A stretch of 64,000 nucleotides of DNA, taken from the NCBI GenBank assembly GCA_963836175.1, contig CAWIIS010000006.1, forward strand, positions 95,213-159,212. The letters are read 5' to 3'. A program made the translations under genes and the position numbers. The notes below the pieces were generated by a model that ran no database searches, was not told the DNA's origin, and saw nothing but the letters and a program-made list of their open reading frames with translations. Shown here in pieces: positions 27,604 through 37,729 of this stretch (its first letter is position 1; each line of letters begins with the position of its first letter). The stretch is from Nitrospirota bacterium. Lineage in GTDB: Bacteria; Nitrospirota; UBA9217.

Positions 27604-28380
27604 ATGGTCAGAGCTCTCATAAAAATTGCGGGGACGTTTATCCTTTTTATCCTCTACCTGTTGGCGTCGCTTGCTGCGCTCGCGCTCCCGGTCGCGGGGC
27701 GCGTCAGGCGGGCATGGCTGAACAGGCTCGTGACCTTTTTTGCCGGACTCGTTCTCCGGCTGTACGGAGTGCGCGTTACCGCAACAGGCAGCGAGAAGCT
27801 CGCGCATCCGCACGGAGGAAACCTGGTGGTCGCAAACCATCTCTCCTATGTTGATGTGCTTGTCATAGCATCACTGGCGCCAGTGGTGTTCGTCACGTCC
27901 ATTGAACTGCGGAACACTCTGCTGCTGGGCCAGCTCGCCCGGCTGAGCGGCAGCCTGTTCGTTGAGCGCCGCAAAGCGTCGGGACTCAAACAGGAGATCG
28001 ACGCCATCATCGAAGTGCTGAACCAGGGATTTTCGGTGGTGCTTTTTCCCGAGGGCACGACGTTCAACGGCGACGGGGTCCAGCCGTTCAAGCAGTCGCT
28101 CCTTGATGCGGCAATCAGGGCAAAGTGCAGCATCCTGCCGGCCTGCCTTCGCTACCAGCGCGTGAACGACCAGCCGCTTTCAGTTGCTTCGCGTGATGCG
28201 GTATTGTATTACGGCGGCATTTCTTTCTTTCAGCATTTCCCCCGGTTTCTCGCGCTCCGCTCCGTCGAGGTGAAGATCTCGGTGCTGCACCCGATCACTG
28301 CGGGTGCGGATGAATCGCGCAAGCATCTTGCTCTGCGCGCCCATGAGGCGATCTGCGCAGAGTATCAGGCGCTGGCGTAG
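27604..28380 (+). CDS. plsC: Lysophospholipid (1-acyl-sn-glycerol-3-phosphate) acyltransferase
   Basis: 258-aa ORF with an N-terminal TM segment, HX4D (NHLSYVD) and an FPEGT motif. Confidence 0.8.
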   Translation: MVRALIKIAGTFILFILYLLASLAALALPVAGRVRRAWLNRLVTFFAGLVLRLYGVRVTATGSEKLAHPHGGNLVVANHLSYVDVLVIASLAPVVFVTSIELRNTLLLGQLARLSGSLFVERRKASGLKQEIDAIIEVLNQGFSVVLFPEGTTFNGDGVQPFKQSLLDAAIRAKCSILPACLRYQRVNDQPLSVASRDAVLYYGGISFFQHFPRFLALRSVEVKISVLHPITAGADESRKHLALRAHEAICAEYQALA

Positions 28381-28518
28381 AAGCTGACCTTCCGCTGTCC
28401 CGTGTGCGACCCTCTTTTCCGGCATCGCTTGCCAATGAACTACTACTCAGGTAGAATTAACTCATCAATGCAGGCAGCCCAAGCGTATGAAGCCGGCGCT
28501 TCACTTCCCCCCACCTTT

Positions 28519-28555
28519 ATCCTCTCCCCCGAGGGGAGAGGGTAGGGTGAGGGGT
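28519..28555. repeat. REP-like palindromic element (same family as 20741 and 47871)
   Basis: tatcctctcccccgaggggagagggtagggtgagggg. Confidence 0.75.
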
Positions 28556-28588
28556 TTTCATTCGTTCCCGTCCAGATAGGAGAAAAAC

Positions 28589-29620
28589 ATGCAGCTTCAT
28601 TTCACCAAAACCAACGGCCCAGTCGATGATGCCATCGACCGGCTTATCAAGGAAGCAGGCGACGTCCAGCGCCCTGAGATCGTGCGCGAAATGGTGCTGG
28701 CGGCGCTCAAGGCTGGTCAGGAGGACGATGAACGCGCCGACCTCAAGCTCATGAACTCGACGCTCAAGGAAATGCGCTTCACGGCCAAGGTCTTCGGCCC
28801 CTACCGCGGTGTGCGCAAGGTCACGGTGTTCGGGTCTGCGCGTACGAAGCCGGACACCGCGATCTATGCCATGGCGCGTGAGTTCGGCAGAAAATTGTCC
28901 GAGGCGGGGTACATGGTCATTACCGGCGGCGGCGCGGGCATCATGCAGGCGGTGAACGAGGGCGCCGGACCCGAACATTCCTTCGGCGTCAACATCAGGC
29001 TGCCCTTCGAACAAAAGGCGAACCCGGTGCTCGACGGCAACCCCCGCCTCATCACGTACAAATATTTTTTCAACCGCAAAGTGGCTTTCCTCAAGGAGGC
29101 CCATGCCGTGGCGCTCTTTCCCGGAGGGTTCGGCACGCTCGATGAGGCGATGGAAACGCTCACCCTGATCCAGACCGGCAAGCGGGACCCGCTGCCGCTC
29201 GTGCTGGTCGATGAACCGGGGGGCAGGTACTGGGACGGGCTCGTCAGATTCTTTACCGAGGAGCTCCGTTCGCATGGTTATATCGATGCCGAGGACTTTA
29301 CGCTCTTCGAGCGCGCGGCCTCCGCGGATGAAGCGGTCCAAAAGATCGCCCGTTTCTACCGTTGCTACCACAGCATGCGGTATGTGAACGGCCAGCTCGT
29401 GCTCCGGCTCACGTCGCCGCTCGCCCCCCAGATGGTGGCCCGCCTCTCCGAAGAATTCAGCGACATCCTTGCACCGGGGGGCGGCATGGCGATCTCGGGC
29501 CCCTTGCCTGCCGAGGCCGACGATGCCGAGCTTGCCCATCTGCCCCGGCTCGTGATCGATTTCAACCGCAGGGCTTTTGGAAGAATGCGAAACCTTATTG
29601 ACCGGATCAATGATTGCTAG
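28589..29620 (+). CDS. LOG-family / TIGR00730-type Rossmann-fold nucleotide-binding protein
   Basis: 343-aa ORF with VTVFGSAR, ITGGGAGIMQA and PGGFGTLDE motifs. Confidence 0.8.
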   Translation: MQLHFTKTNGPVDDAIDRLIKEAGDVQRPEIVREMVLAALKAGQEDDERADLKLMNSTLKEMRFTAKVFGPYRGVRKVTVFGSARTKPDTAIYAMAREFGRKLSEAGYMVITGGGAGIMQAVNEGAGPEHSFGVNIRLPFEQKANPVLDGNPRLITYKYFFNRKVAFLKEAHAVALFPGGFGTLDEAMETLTLIQTGKRDPLPLVLVDEPGGRYWDGLVRFFTEELRSHGYIDAEDFTLFERAASADEAVQKIARFYRCYHSMRYVNGQLVLRLTSPLAPQMVARLSEEFSDILAPGGGMAISGPLPAEADDAELAHLPRLVIDFNRRAFGRMRNLIDRINDC

Positions 29621-29633
29621 GTTCAGATATCAT

Positions 29634-29665
29634 CTACCACGCAGACACGGAGACACAGAGAAAAG
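29634..29665. repeat. Short dispersed repeat (ccacgcagacacggagacacagagaaaa variant)
   Basis: Related to 20824, 22722 and 44221. Confidence 0.65.
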
Positions 29666-29682
29666 CAAAAGGAGGGATAACC

Positions 29683-30084
29683 ATGGATCGCTTTATACGT
29701 ATTCTTTTGATGTTCATGATCGCAGGAAGTATGGGCCTTGTGGTGTGCAGTGCTCAGGCGGAAACAGCCGGCAACGAGCCGGCGGTCCAGACGAAGGAAA
29801 GTGCAAAAGATACCCGGATCAAGGAGCTCAAAAAGGAGCTGGACGAACTGGACAAAAAGGCTGAAGCTCTTGCCGCAAAAACCCGCAGTGACATTGCAGA
29901 GCAGAGGAAGCAATTCAAGAAAGACCACGAGGCCGCTGTAAAAAAACTTGATGCCCTGAAGGCAGACGCGTCGCGGAAATGGGAGGATGTGAAGCCTGAT
30001 TTGGAAGCAGCGCTTACTGACGTGAAACGAGCCTTCGAAAAACTGCGCTCGAAGTCGGAGGAAGAACCCAAAAGCGGCAAGTGA
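29683..30084 (+). CDS. Secreted lysine/glutamate-rich coiled-coil protein
   Basis: ORF 29614..30084. The likely start is MDRFIRILL, after AAAGGAGGG, with a signal peptide ending in AQA. Confidence 0.55.
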   Translation: MDRFIRILLMFMIAGSMGLVVCSAQAETAGNEPAVQTKESAKDTRIKELKKELDELDKKAEALAAKTRSDIAEQRKQFKKDHEAAVKKLDALKADASRKWEDVKPDLEAALTDVKRAFEKLRSKSEEEPKSGK

Positions 30085-30308
30085 CGTCGCCGAAAGACTA
30101 CTGCTTTGATCTTGCCGGGCGGCCCTCTGAGGCCGCCCGGTAATGCCTGACTTTATCTACGAAAATCTGCGCTCATCTGCGGCCAATGGTCGTGTTTTTG
30201 GTTCATTCTTCTCCTTGCCATCGGTTAATCCTTACTGGTTTTTTCTGCCCCAAAACACCCTTTCTGCTGCAAAATCCTTGACTTTTCCGCCCTAAGTTGT
30301 TATTTTAC

Positions 30309-31951
30309 ATGGCTACGTTCGTCGAACGCAGCAACTCTACCATGGACTATTCAGACGAAATACAGAAACGGCGCACCTTCGCCATCATCAGCCACCCCGA
30401 CGCGGGAAAGACCACGCTGACCGAGAAGTTCCTGCTCTTCGGCGGCGCGATCCAGGTGGCCGGCGCGGTGAAGTCGAACAAGATCCGGAAGAGCACCTCC
30501 TCGGACTTCATGGACATCGAGCGCCAGCGCGGCATCTCCGTTGCCACGTCGGTCATGGGCTTCGACTACAACGGGCTCAAGATCAACCTGCTCGACACGC
30601 CGGGGCACAAGGATTTCGCCGAGGACACCTACCGCACGCTGACCGCCGTGGACAGCGTCATCCTCGTCATCGACTGCGTCAAGGGCGTGGAAGAGCAGAC
30701 CCTGCGGCTCATGGAAGTCTGCCGCATGCGGAACACGCCGGTCATCATCTTCGTGAACAAGCTCGACCGCGAAGGCAAGGACCCCTTCGAGCTGCTGGAC
30801 GAGCTCGAAGTGAAGCTGAACATCAAGGTCCAGCCGCTCTCCTGGCCCATCAGCATGGGCACGTCCTTCAAGGGCGTGTACAACCTCTACAACAACAGCC
30901 TCCACCTCTTCCGTGCCCGGCGGCGTCAACCGTGCAGACCGACGTGCTGGAGATCAAGGGCATTGCCGACCCGGTGCTGGACCAGCAGCTCGGCGACTAT
31001 GCGGTCAAGCTCCGGGAGGACGTGGAGCTGATCGAAGGCACGCACAATCCCTTTGACGTGCAGGCCTATCTGCAGCGGCGAGCTCGCGCCGGTCTTCTTC
31101 GGCAGCGCCATCAACAACTTCGGCGTCAAGGAGCTCCTGGACACCTTCACCGAGATCGCGCCCACGCCCGGCAGCCGCCCCACGGACCAGCGCATCGTCA
31201 ACGCCGACGAAAAGGACTTCACCGGGTTCGTGTTCAAGATCCACGCGAACCTGGACCCGCGCCACCGCGACCGCATCGCCTTTATCCGCGTCTGCTCGGG
31301 CAAGTTCGAGCGGAACAAGATGTTCCTCCACGTGCGCCTGGGCAAGAACATCCGCTTCACCAGCCCGGCGAGCTTCCTGGGCGCCAGGAAGAGCATCGTG
31401 GACGAGGCCTTCCCGGGCGACGTGATCGGCCTGTACGACACGGGCAACTTCAAGATCGGCGACACCCTCACCGAAGGCGAGAAGCTCATGTTCCAGGGCA
31501 TCCCGACCTTCTCTCCCGAGGTGTTCAAGGAGCTGGTGAACCTCGATCCGGGCAAGTCCAAGCAGCTCGCCAAGGGCATCGAGCAGCTCACCGACGAAGG
31601 CGTGGCCCAGCTCTTCACCCAGCAGCAGGGCAACCGCAGGATCGTGGGCACCGTGGGCCAGCTGCAGTTCGACGTGCTCCAGTACCGGCTGGAGCATGAG
31701 TACAACGCCAAATGCAGCTTCGAATCCATGGACATCTACAAGGCATGCTGGATCACCGCGACAGACAACGCGGAGATGGAGAAGTTCTGCCAGGTTCAAG
31801 TCGGACCGCATCGCCACGGACAAGGACGGCAACATGGTGTTTCTCGCCGAGTCGGAATGGGTGCTCCGGAACATGATCGAGGCTTACCCGGACGATCAAG
31901 TTCCACTTCACGTCGGAGTTCAAGCGGGAGATGCAGGAAGTAAAGAAGTAG
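30309..31951 (+). CDS. prfC: Peptide chain release factor 3, with several frame changes
   Basis: ORF 30297..31031 matches the PrfC N-terminus ([29 protein letters not shown]). ORFs 31053..31943 and 31696.. carry domains II-IV. The C-terminus ends at TAG 31949..31951. The alternative start is ATG at 30343. Confidence 0.9.
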
Positions 31952-32162
31952 GCCGGTTCTATTATTTCGCGGATAACCACAGATCAGCTTCACCAGCGCT
32001 ATTTCAACCTGCCTCAACTATTTCAGTCAAAAATTGCCCTGCCTTTTGCAAAAAAATACACAATTGACAGTGTCACTGGATTCATCAAGTCTTTCTTCCT
32101 CTCCGTTGCCACGGCATTCAACGCCTGTTCATAAAGCTCAGAACGACCGGAAACATCTTGAA

Positions 32163-33527
32163 TTATTCAAGGTTGTCGAACGTTGCCGGTACGATGTTTG
32201 AAAGCGCGGGGAATATATGCATACATCCGGTGATGGATTCAACATCGGCCTTGTGCATGATCGCATTGGCGACTTCCTGAATGAGCGTTGCGGCATGCGG
32301 GCCGATGATATGAAAACCCAGGATCCTTCTTGTGTCCTTTTCGACAACGGCCTTTGTGAAACCCTTGTGCTCCATCATTGCCTCTCCCATCACCGTATCG
32401 GAATATAAGGTGCGGCCCACGAGGATCTTGTGATCGTGCCGGGCCTGCCGTTCTGTCAGGCCCGCGGATGCTATCTGCGGATGCGTATAGACCGCATAGG
32501 GGACGGACTCAAAATCCATGCTGATCTGTTTTTTGTGCCTGGCGTTGTGCCATGCCAGTTCAGCCTCCTTGTCTCCGGCATGGGTAAACATTTTTCTACC
32601 GATGGCATCGCCAAGCGCCCAGATGTGCTTTTTGTTCGTCCTGAGATACTTGTCGATCTTTATGAAACCGGCCTTGTCCGTCTCTATACCCGCATTTTCC
32701 GTTTTCAGCAGATCGGCGTTGGATCTCCTGCCTGCATTGACCATCACGTGCGACGCGGAGATCCTTTTTCCCCGTCCGGTTCTGACATCCTTTGCCAGCA
32801 CGGTATACCCGTTGCCGCCCCGTTGTATTTCCATTGTCTCGGCACCCATATGCAGTTCGATGCGTTTTTCCAATTCCCGTTTTAACAGCCTGGATATCTC
32901 CGGTTCACCAAAAGGCAAAAGCGCTGGGTTCCTGTCAATGAGCTTGACCTTCACACCCAGAGCAGAGAAAAAATGCGCATATTCAAGCGATATGAATCCG
33001 CCTCCGATAAGGATGATGCTGTCGGGCCTGCTTGCGAGTCCCAGGACGCTTTCGTTGGTCAGGAAAGGGATCTTATCAAGCCCCTTGATCGGGGGAACCA
33101 ATGGCCGCGCACCGGTGGCTAGAAAGATCTGTTTGCCTCTGATCTTATGGCCACCGGCTTCGAGGGTATGCTCATCGATGAAACGCGCCTCTTTGTTTAT
33201 GAACTCGAGATTCCCGGTCTCCTTTATCGCCTTTTTTATGGAGTCTCTGCCCCTGGCGACGACCCTTCTCGTCCGCTCCATGACTGCGTTGAAGTTGACA
33301 TCGATCGTTCCCGAACGGATGCCGAACTTTGTATTTTCTCGTGTTTCGATCATTCTGTCCGCAGTATAGATAAGCGTTTTAGAAGGTACACAACCGCTGT
33401 TAACGCACGTTCCGCCTGGATGTCCCTTATCGACAAGGGCAACGTTCAGACCTCCTGAAACTGCTTTAAAGGCGATTCCCAGGCCGACGTCGCCCGCGCC
33501 AACGACGATAACATCATATGCCTTCAT
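32163..33527 (-). CDS. Class I pyridine-nucleotide-disulfide oxidoreductase (dihydrolipoamide dehydrogenase / mercuric reductase-like)
   Basis: 454-aa intact ORF with FAD GxGxxG (VVGAGDVG), the redox-active disulfide GGTCVNSGCVPSK, NAD-binding GGGFISLE and a C-terminal dimerisation domain. Confidence 0.85.
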   Translation of the reverse strand: MKAYDVIVVGAGDVGLGIAFKAVSGGLNVALVDKGHPGGTCVNSGCVPSKTLIYTADRMIETRENTKFGIRSGTIDVNFNAVMERTRRVVARGRDSIKKAIKETGNLEFINKEARFIDEHTLEAGGHKIRGKQIFLATGARPLVPPIKGLDKIPFLTNESVLGLASRPDSIILIGGGFISLEYAHFFSALGVKVKLIDRNPALLPFGEPEISRLLKRELEKRIELHMGAETMEIQRGGNGYTVLAKDVRTGRGKRISASHVMVNAGRRSNADLLKTENAGIETDKAGFIKIDKYLRTNKKHIWALGDAIGRKMFTHAGDKEAELAWHNARHKKQISMDFESVPYAVYTHPQIASAGLTERQARHDHKILVGRTLYSDTVMGEAMMEHKGFTKAVVEKDTRRILGFHIIGPHAATLIQEVANAIMHKADVESITGCMHIFPALSNIVPATFDNLE

Positions 33528-33560
33528 GGCCCACCCCTTCGCCGCAGCGGCGATCAGCCC

Positions 33561-34094
33561 TTATTCCGAGGCAAGATCAGCTTCCAGGTCTATAAAAAGC
33601 TGGACCTCCCTGCTCACCATGATGCCGTTATTCGCCATCGGCTGATTCCACATGATCCCGTAGTCTTCACGGTTTATTATGGCTGATACTGCAAAGCCCA
33701 TGCTTGATCCGTCGCCGAGGGGGTCGTCTACCGGCCCTGAAAATTCTACCGAGGCGGTTATCTGACGTGTTATACCGTGGATCGTCAAGTCGCCGCTCAC
33801 TTGTGCCTTGTTGCCGTTCACTGCCTGTATCCTCGTAGAGGTGAACGAGATGGTGGGATATTTATCGACCTCAAGGAAATCCGCGCTTTTCAAGTGGTCG
33901 TCGCGTTTCTGGATCCCCGTAAATATGCTTGATGCGTCGATGGACAGTTCTATTGAAGAGTTGGTAATGTTCAGCGGATCAACATAAACGGTCCCTCCAA
34001 CTTTGCAGAACTGGCCCCGAACATTAGCGATCATCATGTGGCGGACTGAAAATGCCGCTCCCGAGTGGTCAGGGTCTATGATCCATTTCGACAT
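33561..34094 (-). CDS. YceI-family (polyisoprenoid-binding-like) protein, no signal peptide
   Basis: 177-aa ORF with WIIDPDHSGAAFSVRHMMIANVRGQF...LTIHGITRQI, a typical YceI pattern. Confidence 0.85.
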   Translation of the reverse strand: MSKWIIDPDHSGAAFSVRHMMIANVRGQFCKVGGTVYVDPLNITNSSIELSIDASSIFTGIQKRDDHLKSADFLEVDKYPTISFTSTRIQAVNGNKAQVSGDLTIHGITRQITASVEFSGPVDDPLGDGSSMGFAVSAIINREDYGIMWNQPMANNGIMVSREVQLFIDLEADLASE

Positions 34095-34116
34095 TGGTCA
34101 CTCCTTTTTTATTGTT

Positions 34117-35163
34117 TTACTCACGCAGAAAACACTGCGGATCTTCGGCCAGGTAATTGGTACTGCCATGAGCGCGTGCAAATTCATAGGCTATTGCCCT
34201 GCAGCCCCTGCATGCCATCCATTTGTTGCAGCTGCCGCATTTCCCCTCATATCGGGACCTGTCCCTGAGTGAGGTCAAGACCTCTGATGTAGACCATATC
34301 TCCCTCAGGGAGTCTGTTCTGACATTTCCCAGGGAAACAGGAAGCCTTCTGCAGGGAGTCACCGTCCCGTCCGGCAGGATCGTCAACCCCGAGACGCCTG
34401 CAGCGCATCCGCCGGAGGGAAAGGAGCCGGCATCATCTGTACCCGCCGGTCTTCTGAATTGTGACGCGACGGGATCACCGGTGACGATCTTCAGGTTGCC
34501 GGTATTCAGCGAGAATATCCTGCCGTACAGCTCTTCCAGGACCTCCTTCGTCAGCATTTTGTTCAATAAATTTCTACCGCTTCCCGACGGTACCAGCCTC
34601 GAAAATCCCAACCTCTGAACGCCGATCGAAGAGGCGAGGTCTATCACGTCGAGAAAATAGGTCGCATTTATATCGGAAAGCGTCGTATTCATGGTCACTT
34701 CTATTCCCGCGTCAAGGAGGCATTGTATACCGAAAAGGGAACGCTTCAGACTTCCCTTGCCTCTTATTGCGTCGTGGATCTCCTCGGGACCCTCAATGCT
34801 TACCTGGACCCCTTTTACACCCAGCCGGGAAAGGACCACAGCCTTATCCTTCGTGATGAGTGTCCCGTTCGACAGCAGATAGGCATCAATTCTTTTATCG
34901 GCAAGTTCTTCCAGTACAGGAAAAATATCCTGCCTCAGGAACGGTTCTCCGCCGGTTATATTGAAACTGGAGGAAAAAGAAACATCATAGGCCGCTGACC
35001 ACTCCCCGAGCATATCGGCGACTTCACCTATGACACTTCGTATCTCCGCCAAGGACATCTCATCCGAGCTCTTTCCGGATTGATAGCAGTGCGTACAGGC
35101 AAGGTTGCATCTCTCCGTAAGATGCAGCTGAATGAAAAATTCCAGGGTATTGTTTATTGACAT
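34117..35163 (-). CDS. Radical SAM enzyme with a C-terminal SPASM/twitch domain
   Basis: 348-aa ORF with CX3CX2C (CNLACTHCY), GGEPFL, and C-terminal Cys clusters (GGCAAG...PCRRL...CGSCNKWMACRGCRAIAY). Confidence 0.9.
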   Translation of the reverse strand: MSINNTLEFFIQLHLTERCNLACTHCYQSGKSSDEMSLAEIRSVIGEVADMLGEWSAAYDVSFSSSFNITGGEPFLRQDIFPVLEELADKRIDAYLLSNGTLITKDKAVVLSRLGVKGVQVSIEGPEEIHDAIRGKGSLKRSLFGIQCLLDAGIEVTMNTTLSDINATYFLDVIDLASSIGVQRLGFSRLVPSGSGRNLLNKMLTKEVLEELYGRIFSLNTGNLKIVTGDPVASQFRRPAGTDDAGSFPSGGCAAGVSGLTILPDGTVTPCRRLPVSLGNVRTDSLREIWSTSEVLTSLRDRSRYEGKCGSCNKWMACRGCRAIAYEFARAHGSTNYLAEDPQCFLRE

Positions 35164-35325
35164 TGGTTTTTGATGAGCTGAATTCAGGGTTTACAACGGA
35201 CAGTATTGCCCAAGGGTATTGAAAGACCAGGCAGATATGATGATCGTACCGATATCGCCCTCAGGGATCATGCATATCTGCCTTTTTTCGCTGCCGAACC
35301 GGCAGTTTCAGCTCTTTCAGCCCTT

Positions 35326-35430
35326 TCACTTGTGACATGTCATCCCAGGATGGTCTTGTGCAGACTTTTTGAGATTAGCCCAGAAAGCAGCCTCTTTTGC
35401 GAGGTCCTTTGCCGACAATGTCTTCTTCAT
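35326..35430 (-). CDS. 34-codon small ORF (MKKTLSAKDLAKEAAFWANLKKSAQDHPGMTCHK), candidate precursor peptide
   Basis: Hand-translated from the minus strand. AGGAGGTGA lies 7 nt before the ATG, and a strong sigma70-like promoter lies upstream. It is the first cistron before the radical SAM gene. It falls below the ORF-track length cutoff. Confidence 0.45.
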   Translation of the reverse strand: MKKTLSAKDLAKEAAFWANLKKSAQDHPGMTCHK

Positions 35431-35493
35431 CCTTCTTTCACCTCCTTTCCGCCTAAAAGGTTATTGATACAAATAGAAAATCCTATATTACAT

Positions 35494-35523
35494 ATAGTAT
35501 GGCTGCTTTTTGCCTTTTGTCAA
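35494..35523 (-). promoter_or_regulatory. Sigma70-type promoter for the small ORF / radical SAM operon
   Basis: Minus strand: TTGACA (35523..35518), an 18-nt spacer, then TACTAT (35499..35494). Confidence 0.6.
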
Positions 35524-35586
35524 ATACCCGGAGGTCAGCCATCTTGACGCGACAGTGCATTAAACGAACTGCGGGTAATAATCCCG

Positions 35587-37212
35587 TCATCGGCTCAATC
35601 TGGTAACCTCCTGTTCGAAGCCGGGGAGAATCGCTTTGAAATAGGCGTTCTTGATGAGTTGACCAATGATCTGGAGAGTACTGGCCTTAGGACTCTCCAC
35701 CGGCCCGGCAATGTCGGCCTTGGTTGCAACCTCCCCTCGGGGCCTGTTTTCAAGAAGCTTGGCGACTCCGCCAACCAGCCTCTCGTACATCTTATGAAAG
35801 GCGCTTTTTTCCGTCTCTTTTCGCTTATCGTACACCTTCATGTCTCTGAACAGAGGTTTAACGTAGCCGGAGATGGCGTTGTTCTTGACATGCAGCTGGG
35901 TATAGAATGAAAAAAAACCGGCAGTGACGTCGAAATTTCCGTAGGCCCGAAGCAGATCGTTCATGGCAGTCAGCTTTGTATCGTCGATTTTAAGATCGAT
36001 ATCGAAATCGGGTCCTTGTAATTCCGGCCGGAAGTGTGCCACCGCAGTCGTATTCCCGCTTCCCATGAATTTTCCCCGAAGCCGCGCTTCGGCAGGACCT
36101 TCTGCAAACTGGTTGGACAGATTACTAAGATGAACATCGGCGTCGGCGATGAAGACACGGTAAGGCGGACTGACGCCCTTATTGATCATGCCGATGGTGC
36201 TTCCGGTCAGGTCCAACTGGTCGAGCCGAAGCAGAATACCCGGCTCGTTGCTGACTGCGGCCGCCGCCGTTTTGACTTCGGTGGCGCGTCTTCTTTCCAC
36301 GGCTGCGGTACCCGTCGTGTGGATGTAATCGACTTCCAGGTTTTTAATCGTAAGGTCTTTCACGTGGGCTGTCTTTACTTTCGGGGCATATTCCGCACTG
36401 CCTGAAGCGAAGAATTCACCGTTGCGTATCGACAGATTTGCGCGGGCGAATACCGGCTTGAAATAGTCAAGCGGAACCTTTTCGAGCTTGAAATCGGCCT
36501 TTACTCCCGGAACCGGTTCAGCCAGGAAGTTAGCGTTGCCGTCAACGACTCCATAGCCGGTATCGAAAATTACCGTTTCCAGGTGGAACGAGGAGGGATA
36601 GGCCTTGTCCGGCGAATGGATATTGCGGATGTTTTCTGCCTGCAGCTTTATGCGACTCAGGTGAAGAGGGCGATCCGGATCCTGATCGATATAAACGACA
36701 TCTCCATTTGTTATCGTCAGGAGGTTGATCTTCAACGGGTAAATGTCTTCTACTGCCTGCTGCCATCCGCGTTCCTTGACCGGTGTTTCACTTTCGGCTT
36801 CCGCGCGGAGCTGCTGCAGGTTGATGTGAATTTTCGGCTGGTCGATATCAAACTCGGCAACCAGTTTTCCTGACAATACTCGTCGCCAGTGAATACTTGC
36901 TTTCAGGAACGGGAATTCAGCGACGGGAGGGGTGGGGTGTGCCTGTTGAGAAACGGTCAGCCCTTTCAAAGTGATAGATAGTCCTATCAACTGGAAATGC
37001 AATCCCGACAACCGCACGGAGTACCCTTTCAGATGACGGTTCATGTTCATTTCCATGGATTCTCTGAGCGGCTTGTCCAGAAAAAACGATGCGATGAAAA
37101 GAATCAGCAGAAGGCCGCCAAGTACGGCGGCGGCCCGAAGTAACCACTTGGGAATCGAGTTGATTATTCTTAAGCCCGGATTTCCCGCACCTTCCCGTCC
37201 CTGCTGTGCCAT
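35587..37212 (-). CDS. DUF748-domain (AsmA-like) membrane-anchored protein
   Basis: 541-aa intact ORF with an N-terminal TM segment (LLRAAAVLGGLLLILFIASFF) and a long beta-rich body resembling DUF748 proteins. Confidence 0.6.
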   Translation of the reverse strand: MAQQGREGAGNPGLRIINSIPKWLLRAAAVLGGLLLILFIASFFLDKPLRESMEMNMNRHLKGYSVRLSGLHFQLIGLSITLKGLTVSQQAHPTPPVAEFPFLKASIHWRRVLSGKLVAEFDIDQPKIHINLQQLRAEAESETPVKERGWQQAVEDIYPLKINLLTITNGDVVYIDQDPDRPLHLSRIKLQAENIRNIHSPDKAYPSSFHLETVIFDTGYGVVDGNANFLAEPVPGVKADFKLEKVPLDYFKPVFARANLSIRNGEFFASGSAEYAPKVKTAHVKDLTIKNLEVDYIHTTGTAAVERRRATEVKTAAAAVSNEPGILLRLDQLDLTGSTIGMINKGVSPPYRVFIADADVHLSNLSNQFAEGPAEARLRGKFMGSGNTTAVAHFRPELQGPDFDIDLKIDDTKLTAMNDLLRAYGNFDVTAGFFSFYTQLHVKNNAISGYVKPLFRDMKVYDKRKETEKSAFHKMYERLVGGVAKLLENRPRGEVATKADIAGPVESPKASTLQIIGQLIKNAYFKAILPGFEQEVTRLSR

Positions 37213-37227
37213 CTTCCCTCCGTGTCG

Positions 37228-37458
37228 TTATGCAGCGTGGGTCTTGCTTCCAGCCTTACTGGTAGACCTGCTGCTCCTTTTGCCTGAGGGTGGTGGCACC
37301 TTAACCCCTTTACTCCTGGCTTCCGACAAGCCGATCGCGATTGCCTGTTTCGGGTTTCTCACTTTTTTTCCGCTTGCGCCGCTTTTCAGCTTGCCTTCCT
37401 TCATCTTTTCCATCGCCCGTTTCACGGCCGTCTGAGCTTCTTTTCCGTAGCGAGCCAT
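37228..37458 (-). CDS. Small basic conserved protein (DUF6496-like)
   Basis: ORF 37228..37536. The likely start is MARYGKEAQ, after AAGGAGG. The pattern AVKRAMEKMKEGKLKSG..GKKV.NPKQAIAIGLSEARSKG is typical of this family, as far as I remember it. Confidence 0.55.
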   Translation of the reverse strand: MARYGKEAQTAVKRAMEKMKEGKLKSGASGKKVRNPKQAIAIGLSEARSKGVKVPPPSGKRSSRSTSKAGSKTHAA

Positions 37459-37729
37459 TTTAACCTCCTTCAGGTCGCTTTCTTCATCAGAAGGTCTAAA
37501 GCGCGCCTTTCTCGCACTCTTCCAATCTTCAAACAACAGCCGGGGATTCAGCTGATCGTATATCCCCGGCCGGAAATCAGTTCCGCTTATCGTGTGCGCG
37601 TTACGCAGCCTTGGTTTTCACTTCAGCCTTGGATCCTACATCCTGGGCACCGGTGCGCACCAGTATTTCCTTCGCTTTCTTTTTTAAAGCTTAATGTGGA
37701 AACGCATCCTTTGTATGCGTATGCAGCTG

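Noticed and set aside
28517-29539. 340-aa minus-strand ORF
   Set aside because: It is antisense to the LOG-family gene, which has the GGGxGxMxA and PGGxGTxxE motifs on the plus strand. Its C-terminus is translated REP-like repeat sequence.
30297-31951. prfC frame changes as programmed ribosomal frameshifting
   Set aside because: The known programmed +1 frameshift is in prfB (RF2), not prfC (RF3). There are several breaks here and no SD-plus-UGA slippery context.
35326-35430. Small ORF as a mycofactocin (MftA) or PqqA-type precursor
   Set aside because: The C-terminus (GMTCHK) only superficially resembles the MftA IDGMCGVY tail. There is no MftB-like chaperone or other mft/pqq gene nearby. 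I therefore keep it as an unclassified candidate.
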